A stretch of DNA of 64,000 nt from Bdellovibrionota bacterium (GTDB lineage: Bacteria; Bdellovibrionota_C; UBA2361; JBGSMV01). Made by a program: the position numbers and the translations under genes. The DNA lies in contig JBGSMV010000033.1 in assembly GCA_041739995.1 (NCBI GenBank), forward strand, positions 1-64,000, read 5' to 3'. Positions 18,453-29,112 of this stretch are shown here, piece after piece. Below the pieces are notes generated by a model. It was not told the origin of the DNA. It ran no database searches and worked only from the letters and a program-made list of their open reading frames with translations. How positions within the stretch are numbered: the first letter of the stretch is position 1; every line of letters begins with the position of its first letter.

Positions 18453-19631
18453 CTAACGCACATTGCGATGAAAATGCCGACTTAGCGCCAGGAGCGCACC
18501 GATGGTGGCGAGTGAAGCAATCAAGCTCGAACCACCGTAGGCAACCAGAGGAAGAACCATGCCCTTAGTGGGCAGCAGTCCGCTCGCAATGCCCACATTC
18601 AAAAGCGCTGGCAAAACAAGAAGCAGCGTTAAACCAGTGGCGAGCGAAAATGAAAACACATCGTCCGCCATGCGTGACGCAATCGTTAACCCCCGCCACA
18701 GCAGCAGTGCAAATAATACCAAAACAAACAAGCAGCCTACAAAACCCAGCTCTTCGGCAATCACTGCAAATATAAAATCGGTGTGAGCAGCAGGGAGAAA
18801 GAACAGCTTCTGTTGACTCGCTCCGATACCCACGCCTGCAACCTCGCCGGAGCCTATGGCAATCAGCGACTGAATCAACTGGTAGCCACTCCCTTTGGGG
18901 TCCTGCCAGGGGGAGAGGAAGCTCACGATACGCGCCATACGATAAGGAGATGTCATCACGAGCATGACTCCTGCTGAAAGCACCAACGCTCCTATGCCAC
19001 ACAGATACCCAATCCGAGCACCTGCACAGGCAATCATCACCAATGCAATAGTCGTCAACACTACCGTGCTTCCAAAGTCTGGCTTAACCAAGAACAATGC
19101 GGCAACGGGAATAAGCATGCCCAGTGGCACCGCTATTCCACCCATAAACTGATTCAAGCGATGTTCTTGCCGCGAAAGATAACCGGCAAGAAACAACACA
19201 AAGGAAAGCTTGGCTAATTCTCCAGGTTGGAAACGCACACCCGCAAACGATACCCAGCGGGTTGCCCCTCCGGCCTGATCGCCTAAGCCGGGTATCATCG
19301 GCAGCAATAACAACAAGAGCGTTGCTGGATAAGCCCAACCCGAAAGGGACTTGAAAACTTTGACCGGAATTCGTACCAAAATCACTGCCAAGAGAGTTCC
19401 CAGCAATGCTGCGCCTGCTTGACGCTTCGCAAAATATAGAGAGTCGCCAAAACGCTCCTGACCTAAGACGCCCGTAGTCGAATAGACCATCACCAGCCCG
19501 AAGCTCAGAAGCACTATCGCCGCAGCTACAAGCAGATAGTCAGCCACCATTGGGGGCTTGAGGTCAGGCGAATACTCCCGAGGCACGCGTATCTGTGATG
19601 CGCCAAATCCGCGCTGAACAAGGACACTCAT
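18453..19631 (-). CDS. ftsW: SEDS peptidoglycan polymerase FtsW
   Basis: GATRW, QPGELAK, KPDFG, GYQLIQS, HTDFIF and PTKG...YGGSS; start estimated. Confidence 0.93.
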   Translation of the reverse strand: MSVLVQRGFGASQIRVPREYSPDLKPPMVADYLLVAAAIVLLSFGLVMVYSTTGVLGQERFGDSLYFAKRQAGAALLGTLLAVILVRIPVKVFKSLSGWAYPATLLLLLLPMIPGLGDQAGGATRWVSFAGVRFQPGELAKLSFVLFLAGYLSRQEHRLNQFMGGIAVPLGMLIPVAALFLVKPDFGSTVVLTTIALVMIACAGARIGYLCGIGALVLSAGVMLVMTSPYRMARIVSFLSPWQDPKGSGYQLIQSLIAIGSGEVAGVGIGASQQKLFFLPAAHTDFIFAVIAEELGFVGCLFVLVLFALLLWRGLTIASRMADDVFSFSLATGLTLLLVLPALLNVGIASGLLPTKGMVLPLVAYGGSSLIASLATIGALLALSRHFHRNVR

Positions 19632-19766
19632 ACCGACCCTCTGACCTCTTAGATGCTGCTTACAGGTTAAGCCTTCAACCGCGACAGCCCTTAATCGCAC
19701 TGCATGCTAACTAGTGTGAGGGTAAGTTGTCATCCCATCTTTTCCAGGAGATGCCTCACTGGAGGC

Positions 19767-22700
19767 CTAGCTTGATGGCCCAGGTTCGTTCGATGCGGGG
19801 GTTACTGTCGAAGCACCAGCCACCTTTGGAGCAGATGCACGCCACAGCCCACCGACACTCAAGCATCCAAAAGCCCAACGCAGCCAGCGCAACATGGCGA
19901 ACACAAGCCACATAGACCAAGCCAGCATGACTGCGCGCCACACCCACATAGGAACGCTGATAATCATCGGCTGCGGAAGCGTGTCCGAACTATAATCGAT
20001 GTACCAGGTCAGCTCAGAGGCATAAGTATTCTGGCCTCGTACGAACATGTCTGGCGAAAGTATCAATCCAGTTTCAACCGCTCGGTACAACAACATCAGC
20101 ACAACCATGGTCAAAATACCGAGCGCGACTTGTACAACATTAAACCTAAAGGTACTTGAAATTTCAGCCTTCTCACGCCATGAGAGCAACCAAAACCACA
20201 GCACGGGCACTAACATCAAAGGAATCGGCAAGGTCGCGAGTCCTAGCCCAAGCAGTATCCAGGACTGAGTGCTCATGGGGGCAATTCCCATGCGTCCCAA
20301 AACAATCGCCGCCAAAATCACCACCAGCAGCTTCGCCCAGAAAAGCACGGCAGGACCAAATCCGGTTCCGAAGGTAAGGAGCAGCCAGCGATCTTGCGGT
20401 GCAGAGACAACCGTCGAGACATTGGCAGCCGTACCGTCAATGCTCACGGCCGGCACTTTCAGAGAGATCCCCTGCTCTTCTGCAACGACGTAGTCTACTT
20501 GAATGATTGAGGCGCCAGGACTAACCGGAATCTGAAGCTGAGTACCTGAAAATCGCGTCGTCTCATCACGCTGGTCGACCAAAACTCGCTGCAACGTCAC
20601 TCCATCCGGGAGATTTACACTCTGAGTAGTTCCCTGACTGGCCCTCATGTTGAGAGTTAAACTACCCTTAAGAGACCGCACTCCAGGCGTAATGTGATGA
20701 CGAACTCTCTCAACAGTGCGACTCTGCCCCGAAGCTCCGAGTGGCCTTTCAACATCAATCGACAGCCGATCTCCAGGATATGGGCGAAACAACCAACCAC
20801 TCGTTCCCGAAAGAACCGAACGCTCTGGAGCGAGGCCTTGGACCTTACAGCTCCAAAGCGTAGAACATCGCACTTCCCAATCCTCAGAAATACGCGCTTG
20901 CGAATTCGCAACCAGTTTTAACTGCTCGGCCGGCTTTAACGTTGAATTCCACTCGAGCTCGGCAACTCCTCTCGGAAATTGAACTTCAATCTCTAGGTCC
21001 TTAACATTGAACCCAGGAGATACTACTGACTCTCCTTCAAGCAGCTTCAAAGAAAGAATCTCCGGGCGCTCTTTACTTCCCAATCTTTGAATCCGTGTAG
21101 TCAGCTCCCACGGCAGGCCGATGGCTAATGACCGGCTGACCTGAAACCACGAAGACACTTCGATGTCCGACTCGGTCTCGCCTTTCTCAGCGTTCTGGGT
21201 TGGAATCTTGCGAGTGAGCTGCAACGATTCTCGCACTGATCCTGTCGGACTTACTCCATCCACCAGGAAATCAGGTGCTGAAACGGTCACGTGCTGCGGA
21301 TTCAGTGGAAACTGTATAGTAGCCACCTCACGAGAACTAAGTTTTCCAGTAAACTGAATTCCGTGTTCCCCTGACGGCACCCTTGCCCAGAGACTTCCAT
21401 CTGACTCGCGCCGCAGAGCGCGTAGTGGCTCACCATTTAGAGTGACAGACTCAATCGCCAAGGAGCGAAGCGGTCCCGGTAACGCTGCCGCTCCAACGCC
21501 AACGCTCGATACCCTCAGCTCCCCTCGGACCCGATCCCCATTTACCGCAATTTGCATTGAGTTGATTGAAGTGCAGTCCCTTTGACACAAATCTTTGGTC
21601 AAACGCTGCTCTAGTTGCTTCAACAGCACATCACTTGGGAAGGGCTCTGCATTAACAGATTGAGGTGAGGTAACCACCGCCGAAAGCAGCGTGCCAAATA
21701 AGCACGCTACCCCTAGAGCAGTATTCCGAAGAGCAAGAGACTTCCACCACTGCGCGGTCGATCTCTGCAAGAAGACCCACAACAGAAAAACCAGGACAAA
21801 CACTCTCACAAACGAAACCACCAAGAATCCGTTGGGGCCAAGCGCAAAAATTGAGGCTTGATATCCCGGTTCTACTCGCCCACTCCAAGTCAGAGAAACG
21901 GAGCGCCAATTCCACTCTGGCATGCCTGGCCCAGTTTGCACTACGGAGTTCGGATCAAAAGTCTGCAAAGCCTTGAATGCATTTTTTGCAAGCCCGCGAG
22001 CCATCGGCGCCGATTCTGCAGAGTTGTCCATGCTCATACTTTCCATAGCGTACATGGATCCGCTCACGACGGCGCCAAGCCTCTGACGCCCATATTCATC
22101 ACCGCTGACTCCGGTGAAGCTGGCAGAGGCCCCCACCACCATCATCAATGCCACTCCGGCCACCCCGTACAACAATCCGGAGAAAAAGCTGCCGGTAAAA
22201 AATAGCTGAGCTCCCCAAACAAGAAGGGTGAACATTATCCAACCAGAAAAGGTTCCTTCGACGAGATAGAAAAATGGCTCCAAAAAGCCGTACAGATTGC
22301 CGCCTGGGGGAAGCACCGAAGGATAGATGGCCCGAATCAGATGATAGAAGGAAAACGATACCACTAAGACCGCAAACAACATCAAGGTTGCCGCATAATG
22401 GAATCGTACAAAATGTTTGAAGTTTGATTCGGGAAGAAAACGCACCAGAGCAAAAGCTCCAAGCAGATGAAAATATATTAGCTGCGGGGAACCTGCTTGA
22501 CCATGCAATAACCCCAGTCCGACAAATACTGTCGCGCCCGCAAGCCCACCAACTAACTTCGCAGTCGCAATCGATACGAGCAGCACCAGAAATACATCCA
22601 GCAAGCTCCAAGAGCCTACCCAACTCGCACTCACCGAGTCAGCGCCAGTGGCATGCAATACTTCCCAACCCGGCGGAAGATTGACCGTAAGCGAAACACT

Positions 22701-24119
22701 CTCCATGGGATGGTTCCAAGAGACCACAGGAAGTTTGCCCAATGTGGCACTGAGTTTTGATTCGGCCAGAAGAGAAAGATTCTGTTGTCGAACCTCAAGT
22801 CCGACACCCTCCCCCGACGGAGCTTTTGTAATTAACTGGTCTATCCCGCCAATGCTCGCTCTACCGACCTCAAGTTCAGGGATTGCGTCGAGCCGCCAAT
22901 CTCTATTGACCAGCCCAGAGATATTGTCTCGCACTAAGAGCTTGTCACCATCAAGCGGAAGCCACAGCGTTCGAACAAGCGAGAGCGTGTTTGTTCCAGC
23001 GTCAACCTCTCCGCGACGCACCTCTTCAAATGCCATCGCTTGGCCCTTAGAAAGCGCCGTAGTCGTCAAGCCCTTCCATTCACCAGGAAGCTCAGTGCGA
23101 CTAGAATCAATCAAAATACCACCGGATATTCGGACCGAGCGCACCTCTTCGTTAGGCTTCCAAACCCAAACTTCTTCACCGGAGAATCCAGGAATCTGCC
23201 ATTCAGGAACAGAAAGGTTCGCTGGTGGCGACGGCAGAAGGTTCTCAAAGCGCAGCGAATATCTGCCAGGTCGCACCTGCACTACTACTCCTCTAAGCGA
23301 GTCGACACGAACGGCCAGGTCTGACTGCACGCCCACCAGAGTGCTCTGGGGCGGCAGAACATCCCCCAATACGAGCTCACGCACCTTTCCAGAAATCCGC
23401 AACTGGACAGCGGTCTCGATGCGAAACGGTACACCATCTTCTAGCTTTCTAAACACGGAAGCATGCGCAGCGTCTTGCTCGGCAACTGAAGAGTCAGACC
23501 GGTCGACCAGCCACACCTCCCCTTTCTCCCCGATTTGCGGGTTATCAATCTTACGCCCCTGAACATCTAGTGAGACCAATGCGATGTCGGACGGCACCCT
23601 CAAACTTTTGGGCATCTCCTTCCATTTAAATATACCGTTGAGTGCGAACGGGCCTTTCTCCAGGCGAATGTGCGGCGTCCCATCAAGCGCTACCACCGCC
23701 ATCGTCTCTCCGTCTTTGCCCGTCACTTCTAAAGGCGCAACCAGGTCGCTTCCAGGGAGCGGAAGCGCGCCTGCTTGAAAAAGCACACCTTGCAAGCTAA
23801 AGGATCCACCGTCACCGTTGACAGAAAGAGAAATTTCTCGAGGCCAGACACATCGGCTCGCTCCTCGCACCGCACCGCAGTTAAGTTCTAAGTGATCAGC
23901 CATTACCCAGGGAATCCAAGGACGAAGTGATTCGGGAACGGCGGCAACCGTCTCTTCCGACAACACCGGATTTGCACGCTGAGCTTCTGCCGTTTCCGGT
24001 GCTCCCTGCGCCGTCCTCGCCGAGAAACAGAGCAGGAGAAGGAGCGAGGAAATCAGCGGGGCTCTCCAGGACGAGCAAAATCCACACTGGCGAAAAAAGC
24101 TGTGCATTTGGTTGAGCAT
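19767..24119 (-). CDS. Large (1450 aa) hypothetical membrane protein with a two-fold internal repeat
   Basis: GGAG RBS before ATG 24119; signal-like N-terminus; two beta-rich domains, each followed by a TM bundle. Confidence 0.8.
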   Translation of the reverse strand: MLNQMHSFFRQCGFCSSWRAPLISSLLLLLCFSARTAQGAPETAEAQRANPVLSEETVAAVPESLRPWIPWVMADHLELNCGAVRGASRCVWPREISLSVNGDGGSFSLQGVLFQAGALPLPGSDLVAPLEVTGKDGETMAVVALDGTPHIRLEKGPFALNGIFKWKEMPKSLRVPSDIALVSLDVQGRKIDNPQIGEKGEVWLVDRSDSSVAEQDAAHASVFRKLEDGVPFRIETAVQLRISGKVRELVLGDVLPPQSTLVGVQSDLAVRVDSLRGVVVQVRPGRYSLRFENLLPSPPANLSVPEWQIPGFSGEEVWVWKPNEEVRSVRISGGILIDSSRTELPGEWKGLTTTALSKGQAMAFEEVRRGEVDAGTNTLSLVRTLWLPLDGDKLLVRDNISGLVNRDWRLDAIPELEVGRASIGGIDQLITKAPSGEGVGLEVRQQNLSLLAESKLSATLGKLPVVSWNHPMESVSLTVNLPPGWEVLHATGADSVSASWVGSWSLLDVFLVLLVSIATAKLVGGLAGATVFVGLGLLHGQAGSPQLIYFHLLGAFALVRFLPESNFKHFVRFHYAATLMLFAVLVVSFSFYHLIRAIYPSVLPPGGNLYGFLEPFFYLVEGTFSGWIMFTLLVWGAQLFFTGSFFSGLLYGVAGVALMMVVGASASFTGVSGDEYGRQRLGAVVSGSMYAMESMSMDNSAESAPMARGLAKNAFKALQTFDPNSVVQTGPGMPEWNWRSVSLTWSGRVEPGYQASIFALGPNGFLVVSFVRVFVLVFLLWVFLQRSTAQWWKSLALRNTALGVACLFGTLLSAVVTSPQSVNAEPFPSDVLLKQLEQRLTKDLCQRDCTSINSMQIAVNGDRVRGELRVSSVGVGAAALPGPLRSLAIESVTLNGEPLRALRRESDGSLWARVPSGEHGIQFTGKLSSREVATIQFPLNPQHVTVSAPDFLVDGVSPTGSVRESLQLTRKIPTQNAEKGETESDIEVSSWFQVSRSLAIGLPWELTTRIQRLGSKERPEILSLKLLEGESVVSPGFNVKDLEIEVQFPRGVAELEWNSTLKPAEQLKLVANSQARISEDWEVRCSTLWSCKVQGLAPERSVLSGTSGWLFRPYPGDRLSIDVERPLGASGQSRTVERVRHHITPGVRSLKGSLTLNMRASQGTTQSVNLPDGVTLQRVLVDQRDETTRFSGTQLQIPVSPGASIIQVDYVVAEEQGISLKVPAVSIDGTAANVSTVVSAPQDRWLLLTFGTGFGPAVLFWAKLLVVILAAIVLGRMGIAPMSTQSWILLGLGLATLPIPLMLVPVLWFWLLSWREKAEISSTFRFNVVQVALGILTMVVLMLLYRAVETGLILSPDMFVRGQNTYASELTWYIDYSSDTLPQPMIISVPMWVWRAVMLAWSMWLVFAMLRWLRWAFGCLSVGGLWRASAPKVAGASTVTPASNEPGPSS

Positions 24120-24199
24120 TTGGTTGTCTCCTTCTATCCTCCAGAAGCGCGGTCGGCTGCGACTCTGAAGGCACAAGCCTATATAAGAGACTCACTTTC

Positions 24200-25531
24200 T
24201 TGAAGAGCCATATTGTGGACGCACTTGAGCTCCTCAAATCACTGGTAGCCATTCCTTCGGTAAACCCGTTTCGCTTGGTTAACCACGATGAGCTGCCTTC
24301 TCCGCAGCCCGGAGCCCTCCCTGCTGCTATAGGCTGGGGAACCGAGACTCAAATGAACCTCTTTATTGAAGAAGTGCTCAAAGCCTCTGGCTTCGAAGTC
24401 TCCCGCCAGATGCTTAATTCTGAGCTGCTTCTTTCCAGAGGGGCCGAACAGGTAACCCTGCCTGCCCGCTGGAATGTACTTGGAGAGAAAACAGGCTCTA
24501 CGAATACTCCCAAAAAGTCGGTGTTACTGATGGGCCACACGGACACCGTCGACGTCAAGCATGGCTGGGAAAGCGATCCTTTCTGCATCACGCCGTACAC
24601 CGTTGACTCAAGAGAGCGCTGGTATGGGCTTGGTGCCAACGACATGAAAGGAGGATTGGCAGCTATTCTTGCAGCCGGTGCCGCTTTCACACCCACCGAC
24701 ATTTCTTTGAAGGTTGCGTTCGTAGTCGACGAAGAATTCTATTCTCTCGGAGCACACGCGCTGTGCCAGTCGGACTTCTTAGACGATGTCGCACTTGCCA
24801 TTTTGCCAGAGATTGGAGACGGGGCGAATACATTTGATGAACAGTGGGTGGGGCTCGGGCGTCTTGGTCGCAGGGAATTTGAGTTTGAGGTGATAGGGAA
24901 CGCTTGCCACGGCGCTGACGCATTTATTAGAAGCGATATGGTGAATGCGGTACATGAAGCCGCAAAGCTAGAAGTCGCCCTCATTCAGCATTGCCTATCA
25001 TCAAAGCGCAGTTTCTCTGGACTAGGGACAGAGCACTTCGCCCGGCCCGTCATGAACTCATTATTTCTAAGCCAACACACTGGCGGCGCGGCGACGTTAA
25101 GCATTCCGGACAAGGCGGGATGCCTGCTAGACCGCACTTTCTTACCTGATGAATCTGCTGAGCAAGAGCTTCGCGCCTTGAATGGCTTGATTTCAAAACT
25201 TCAAGCCGAAGCAGTAATAGACCCGCGTGCTCGAATTTCTGTTCGCGAAAGAGCGCGCCCTACCCCGGCCTGCCAACCTTACTTTTTCGATCCGAAAAAT
25301 CCCCTAATTCAGCTCGCCATTGACGCCGCCAGAAAACACGCCAAGTTTGTTTCTCTTGGCATAGGCCGTTCAGTAGCGGATGAAAATATCATTGCGGCTC
25401 GCGGCATTCCAACGGTTACGCTTGGGCCCGTGGGTGAAGGCAGTCATACCGCAAAAGAATGGGTAGACCCGGAGAGCGTCTCGCGGCTCACTTCTATATT
25501 TGTTTCCATCCTTGAGAAAATTCGGCCGTAG
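24200..25531 (+). CDS. M20-family metallopeptidase (ArgE/DapE-like)
   Basis: GHTDTV, GANDMKGG, VDEE and C-terminal SHTAKE. Confidence 0.87.
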   Translation: MKSHIVDALELLKSLVAIPSVNPFRLVNHDELPSPQPGALPAAIGWGTETQMNLFIEEVLKASGFEVSRQMLNSELLLSRGAEQVTLPARWNVLGEKTGSTNTPKKSVLLMGHTDTVDVKHGWESDPFCITPYTVDSRERWYGLGANDMKGGLAAILAAGAAFTPTDISLKVAFVVDEEFYSLGAHALCQSDFLDDVALAILPEIGDGANTFDEQWVGLGRLGRREFEFEVIGNACHGADAFIRSDMVNAVHEAAKLEVALIQHCLSSKRSFSGLGTEHFARPVMNSLFLSQHTGGAATLSIPDKAGCLLDRTFLPDESAEQELRALNGLISKLQAEAVIDPRARISVRERARPTPACQPYFFDPKNPLIQLAIDAARKHAKFVSLGIGRSVADENIIAARGIPTVTLGPVGEGSHTAKEWVDPESVSRLTSIFVSILEKIRP

Positions 25532-25585
25532 TTTCACCGACTACCAACTCAAACAAAGTACGCTTGGATTCTCAAGCCAAAGCGA

Positions 25586-26239
25586 TCAGCGCTTGCTCGC
25601 TAAGACGATAGTCCACGGCAACGGAGTCTCGACGGCAATGACGGGGCCGAACTCTCGTTTGATCAATTTTACTATCCCTGAGCGGGACCAATGATTGAGA
25701 TGCCCGGGAGTATTCCCGAGATCGCTCCAGTACTTGCCTCGACACATGTTCAAAAATCTCCATATGGGTTCACGAGGAACTCCGAGAATTAGATGCTTAC
25801 GTGATACCCGATGAATCTCAGCCAACGCCTTTCGCGGATCTTCGAGATGTTCCAACACTTCAAGCAGAAATATGAGGTCAACGCTGTTACTCTCGCGTTG
25901 CAGCGCATACACGTCTTCCTGTCGAACTCTTATGCCCGGATTTATGTCTGCTGCTATTTCAACCTGATGCTGAAGGAACTCGGAAGCTTCCAGAGAGGCT
26001 CCCTCTGGAAGGAGCGGGACAAGTCGCTGGGTCGAATGCCCCTCCCCACAACCGATCTCTAACGTGGTCAACGAAGCGGAGCGAGGCACACGGCTCAGCA
26101 ATTTGCCGACACTGTTGAAATACCCCGCGACCAGAAATCGACTAATCGGATTCCTCTCCTCGTATTTACCGCGGAAGTCTTCTCGCCCATCCGCCATGGC
26201 TGTTGCGCGTGTATCACGATCGGGCGCTATTATTTCCAT
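25586..26239 (-). CDS. Class I SAM-dependent methyltransferase
   Basis: LEIGCGEG, EVLEHL and PGHLNHW. Confidence 0.85.
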   Translation of the reverse strand: MEIIAPDRDTRATAMADGREDFRGKYEERNPISRFLVAGYFNSVGKLLSRVPRSASLTTLEIGCGEGHSTQRLVPLLPEGASLEASEFLQHQVEIAADINPGIRVRQEDVYALQRESNSVDLIFLLEVLEHLEDPRKALAEIHRVSRKHLILGVPREPIWRFLNMCRGKYWSDLGNTPGHLNHWSRSGIVKLIKREFGPVIAVETPLPWTIVLASKR

Positions 26240-26315
26240 GAAGCCTCTCTATAACACTTTTCGGCCCCGCGCCAAGACATCGCTCCGAACGAGCTGCGCA
26301 AACGCCAGACTTACC

Positions 26316-27572
26316 TCACCGAGCTGCACTCTCCGCAACGGCAGTCCCTGCAATCCACCCAGTAGTCCACGCACTCTGAAAATTGAAGCCTCCGGTCACA
26401 CCATCAATATTCAGAAGCTCTCCTGAGATATAAAGGTTCGCGGAAAGCTTGCTTTGCATGCTTCTAAAATCGACTTCTCGCAAATCCACGCCGCCGCTGG
26501 TCACAAACTCCTCTTTGAATTGCCCTTTACCGTCGATGGCTATCGCATGGCGAGTCAGCATATTCACCAGGCTCTCAAGAACGAGATTACTCATTCGGCT
26601 CCACACTTGCTCTGAGTCCTGCGCCAGAGTGCGCCGAACAAGCAACTCCCAAAGGCGACTGGGGATGCTGTAAAGCGGAGATTTGCTGATCGACTTGAAA
26701 GGCTGCTTGCTTCTTAGCTCGCGTAGATAGCTTCGACACTGATCTTGTTTCGCACCCGCCGTCCAATCGATCAGCAAATCACCACGATATCCAGCATCAA
26801 ACAGTTCAAGCGCCGCCAAGCTTGAAAGTTTTAACACAGCAGGACCACTTAAACCCCAATGCGTGATCAATAGCGGCTTCTGCACGACCACATGCTTCAC
26901 TCCGTTGATCTCAAGCGAAAGATTGACGCGCGGGACAGAAACTCCTGACAGTGCGCAGAGTTGTTTGTCAGACACATTGAAAGTAAACAGCGAAGGTGCC
27001 AGAGGGGTGATGGAGTGTCCTAATTCCCCTGCAAATTGATATCCGGACTTATGTCCACCGGTCGCAAGAAGAACCGCCGCGGCCCCGAATTCTCCCTCCA
27101 GTGCCCCCGTTGTCTTTAGGAGGTACGAACCCTCTTCGTCCTTCTGTACACTTTCAACCCGGCATTGAGTATGTAAGACGATCCCCAAAGCCTGGCGTTC
27201 GCGCTCCAGGCAAGAAATCACCGTTTCCGAAGAATCGGTCACAGGAAACATCCGTCCATCGGCTTCAGTTTTAAGTTCCACCCCTCGTTCGGCGAACCAA
27301 GCCACAGTGTCTTGCGGCTGAAACTTGTGAAAGGCCGATAGGAGTTCCTTTGAACCGCGCGGATAATTTTCTTTCAAAAGTTTGGGCTCGAAGCATTGAT
27401 GCGTGACGTTGCAGCGCCCGCCACCGGAAATTCGAACCTTTTCTAAGGTTCGCCGTCCTGATTCGAAGATTGCAATCTTTAGAGCCGGGTTAAGGGCAGC
27501 AGCGCGTAGAGCGGCAAAATAGCCAGCAGCGCCTCCTCCAATCACTGCGAGATCGAGCTCGGTTACAGTCAT
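26316..27572 (-). CDS. HI0933/YhiN (BaiN-like) flavoprotein
   Basis: GGGAAG, ISGGGRCNVT, THWGLSGP and GVTGGFNFQ.AW..G. Confidence 0.9.
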   Translation of the reverse strand: MTVTELDLAVIGGGAAGYFAALRAAALNPALKIAIFESGRRTLEKVRISGGGRCNVTHQCFEPKLLKENYPRGSKELLSAFHKFQPQDTVAWFAERGVELKTEADGRMFPVTDSSETVISCLERERQALGIVLHTQCRVESVQKDEEGSYLLKTTGALEGEFGAAAVLLATGGHKSGYQFAGELGHSITPLAPSLFTFNVSDKQLCALSGVSVPRVNLSLEINGVKHVVVQKPLLITHWGLSGPAVLKLSSLAALELFDAGYRGDLLIDWTAGAKQDQCRSYLRELRSKQPFKSISKSPLYSIPSRLWELLVRRTLAQDSEQVWSRMSNLVLESLVNMLTRHAIAIDGKGQFKEEFVTSGGVDLREVDFRSMQSKLSANLYISGELLNIDGVTGGFNFQSAWTTGWIAGTAVAESAAR

Positions 27573-27670
27573 TCCCGTATACTATCTTGTTCGGTTATAT
27601 AGTCACGCAGTGGAGACTTTAAGAACATCTCCAACTCCATTTACTGCTAAGTTACATCAAGAGACGGAGG

Positions 27671-29062
27671 CTACTTTAGGTAAGGTAGCATCTGGGCAGC
27701 GAAGGTAAGCGCTAAGAAAAAGCCACACATATCGGTAACGGTAGTGAGAATGAGCCCTGAAACCAGAGCCGGATCGAATCCAAGTCGCTTAACCAGCAAG
27801 GGCAACATGCCACCCGCCGTGGCAGAAATTACGATGTTAATTCCTTGCGCCGTTCCGACGACAAGCCCAAGATAAGGATTGCCGTCCCAGGCCCACGCCA
27901 CCAGCCCCACGACGACCGCAAGCGAGAGTCCATTAATTATCCCAGTGGCGACTTCTTTCAGCACCACACGCAAGATTTCAGTGTGGCGAACGAGCCCCAG
28001 AGTTAACTCCCGAATACTGACTGCCACCGCTTGCTGGCCTGCGCATCCGCTCATATCGGACAGAATCGGAAGAAACACGGCAAGTGCGACGACTTCTCGC
28101 AATGTGTCTTGATTCAACGCAATCACACTCGCCGAGACCAGATTCAGCATGACATTGAGAGAGAGCCAGGAGAGTCTTCTTCGCACTCGAATACCCAGTG
28201 GATGCGTTCGATACTCCTCTCCACCAATAATTCCTTTGGAGGCCAGAAAGGCCGCATCACTTTCGTCAACGAGCGCTTCATCAACCGCGCGACGACGCAC
28301 CACTCCAATCAACATGCCCCGCTTGTCGACTACTGGAAGTCCCACATAGGCATGCTCTTCAAATATCTGAGCAACTTCTTGGAGTGAGAGTTCAGCAGGA
28401 AGCACTCGCACTTCTCGTATCATGACTTCGGCGATTTTTTGTGAGGCTGGGGCTAGCAACAGATCGCGGGCTCGGAGCACGCCAACTGGGTGCCCGATTG
28501 CGTCGACCACATACAGGTACTGAATATCGTACTCCGCAATCTCAGATCTTCGGTCTCTTAAACCCGTAAACACATCATGAACGGTGATGTCGTCTCTGAA
28601 GGTCACAAATTCCGTGACCATCAGTCCACCAGCCGATTGCGGGTCGTGCTCAACAAGGGACCTCGCCTCAGCAGCTTCGCCGGGGTCCATTTGAGCGTAA
28701 ATCGCTTCGGCACTTTCTGTTTCTAGATGCCCCAGAACGTCAGCTTGATGGTCACTATCAAGTTCTTCAACAATTGAGGCGGCATCACCCGGTTCAAGAC
28801 GCTCAATTAGTTCAGCAGCTTCGTGCTCGGGCAGGGTCTCAACCAGCTCAGCCGCTTCCTCAGGAGAGAGCATGGTAAGCAAGCGGTCTTGATTATCGTC
28901 GTCGAGTCGAGAGATTGCGCGCGCACGTTCGCTCCAGCGCAGTCCATCCAGAAAAGACTCGACGGCACTTGGCCTACCGGCTTCAATCAGACGCTCGAGT
29001 TTTTCCCAAGGCCTGGCGTCCTCTGCCTCTAGGTCGCGGACCATCTCGTCTGAGTCATTCAT
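27671..29062 (-). CDS. mgtE: Magnesium transporter MgtE
   Basis: Acidic N-domain, SAGGLM, CBS pair, RRLSWL, DPALVSG and TTVTD. Confidence 0.92.
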   Translation of the reverse strand: MNDSDEMVRDLEAEDARPWEKLERLIEAGRPSAVESFLDGLRWSERARAISRLDDDNQDRLLTMLSPEEAAELVETLPEHEAAELIERLEPGDAASIVEELDSDHQADVLGHLETESAEAIYAQMDPGEAAEARSLVEHDPQSAGGLMVTEFVTFRDDITVHDVFTGLRDRRSEIAEYDIQYLYVVDAIGHPVGVLRARDLLLAPASQKIAEVMIREVRVLPAELSLQEVAQIFEEHAYVGLPVVDKRGMLIGVVRRRAVDEALVDESDAAFLASKGIIGGEEYRTHPLGIRVRRRLSWLSLNVMLNLVSASVIALNQDTLREVVALAVFLPILSDMSGCAGQQAVAVSIRELTLGLVRHTEILRVVLKEVATGIINGLSLAVVVGLVAWAWDGNPYLGLVVGTAQGINIVISATAGGMLPLLVKRLGFDPALVSGLILTTVTDMCGFFLALTFAAQMLPYLK

Positions 29063-29112
29063 GTCGCACCGAGATGCTCTCTTGGAAATTCATAAACCGG
29101 ACAGCAGGCTTA

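Noticed and set aside
22648..23562. 304-aa plus-strand ORF
   Set aside because: It is a Ser/Pro-rich antisense shadow of the large membrane protein gene, with no motif.
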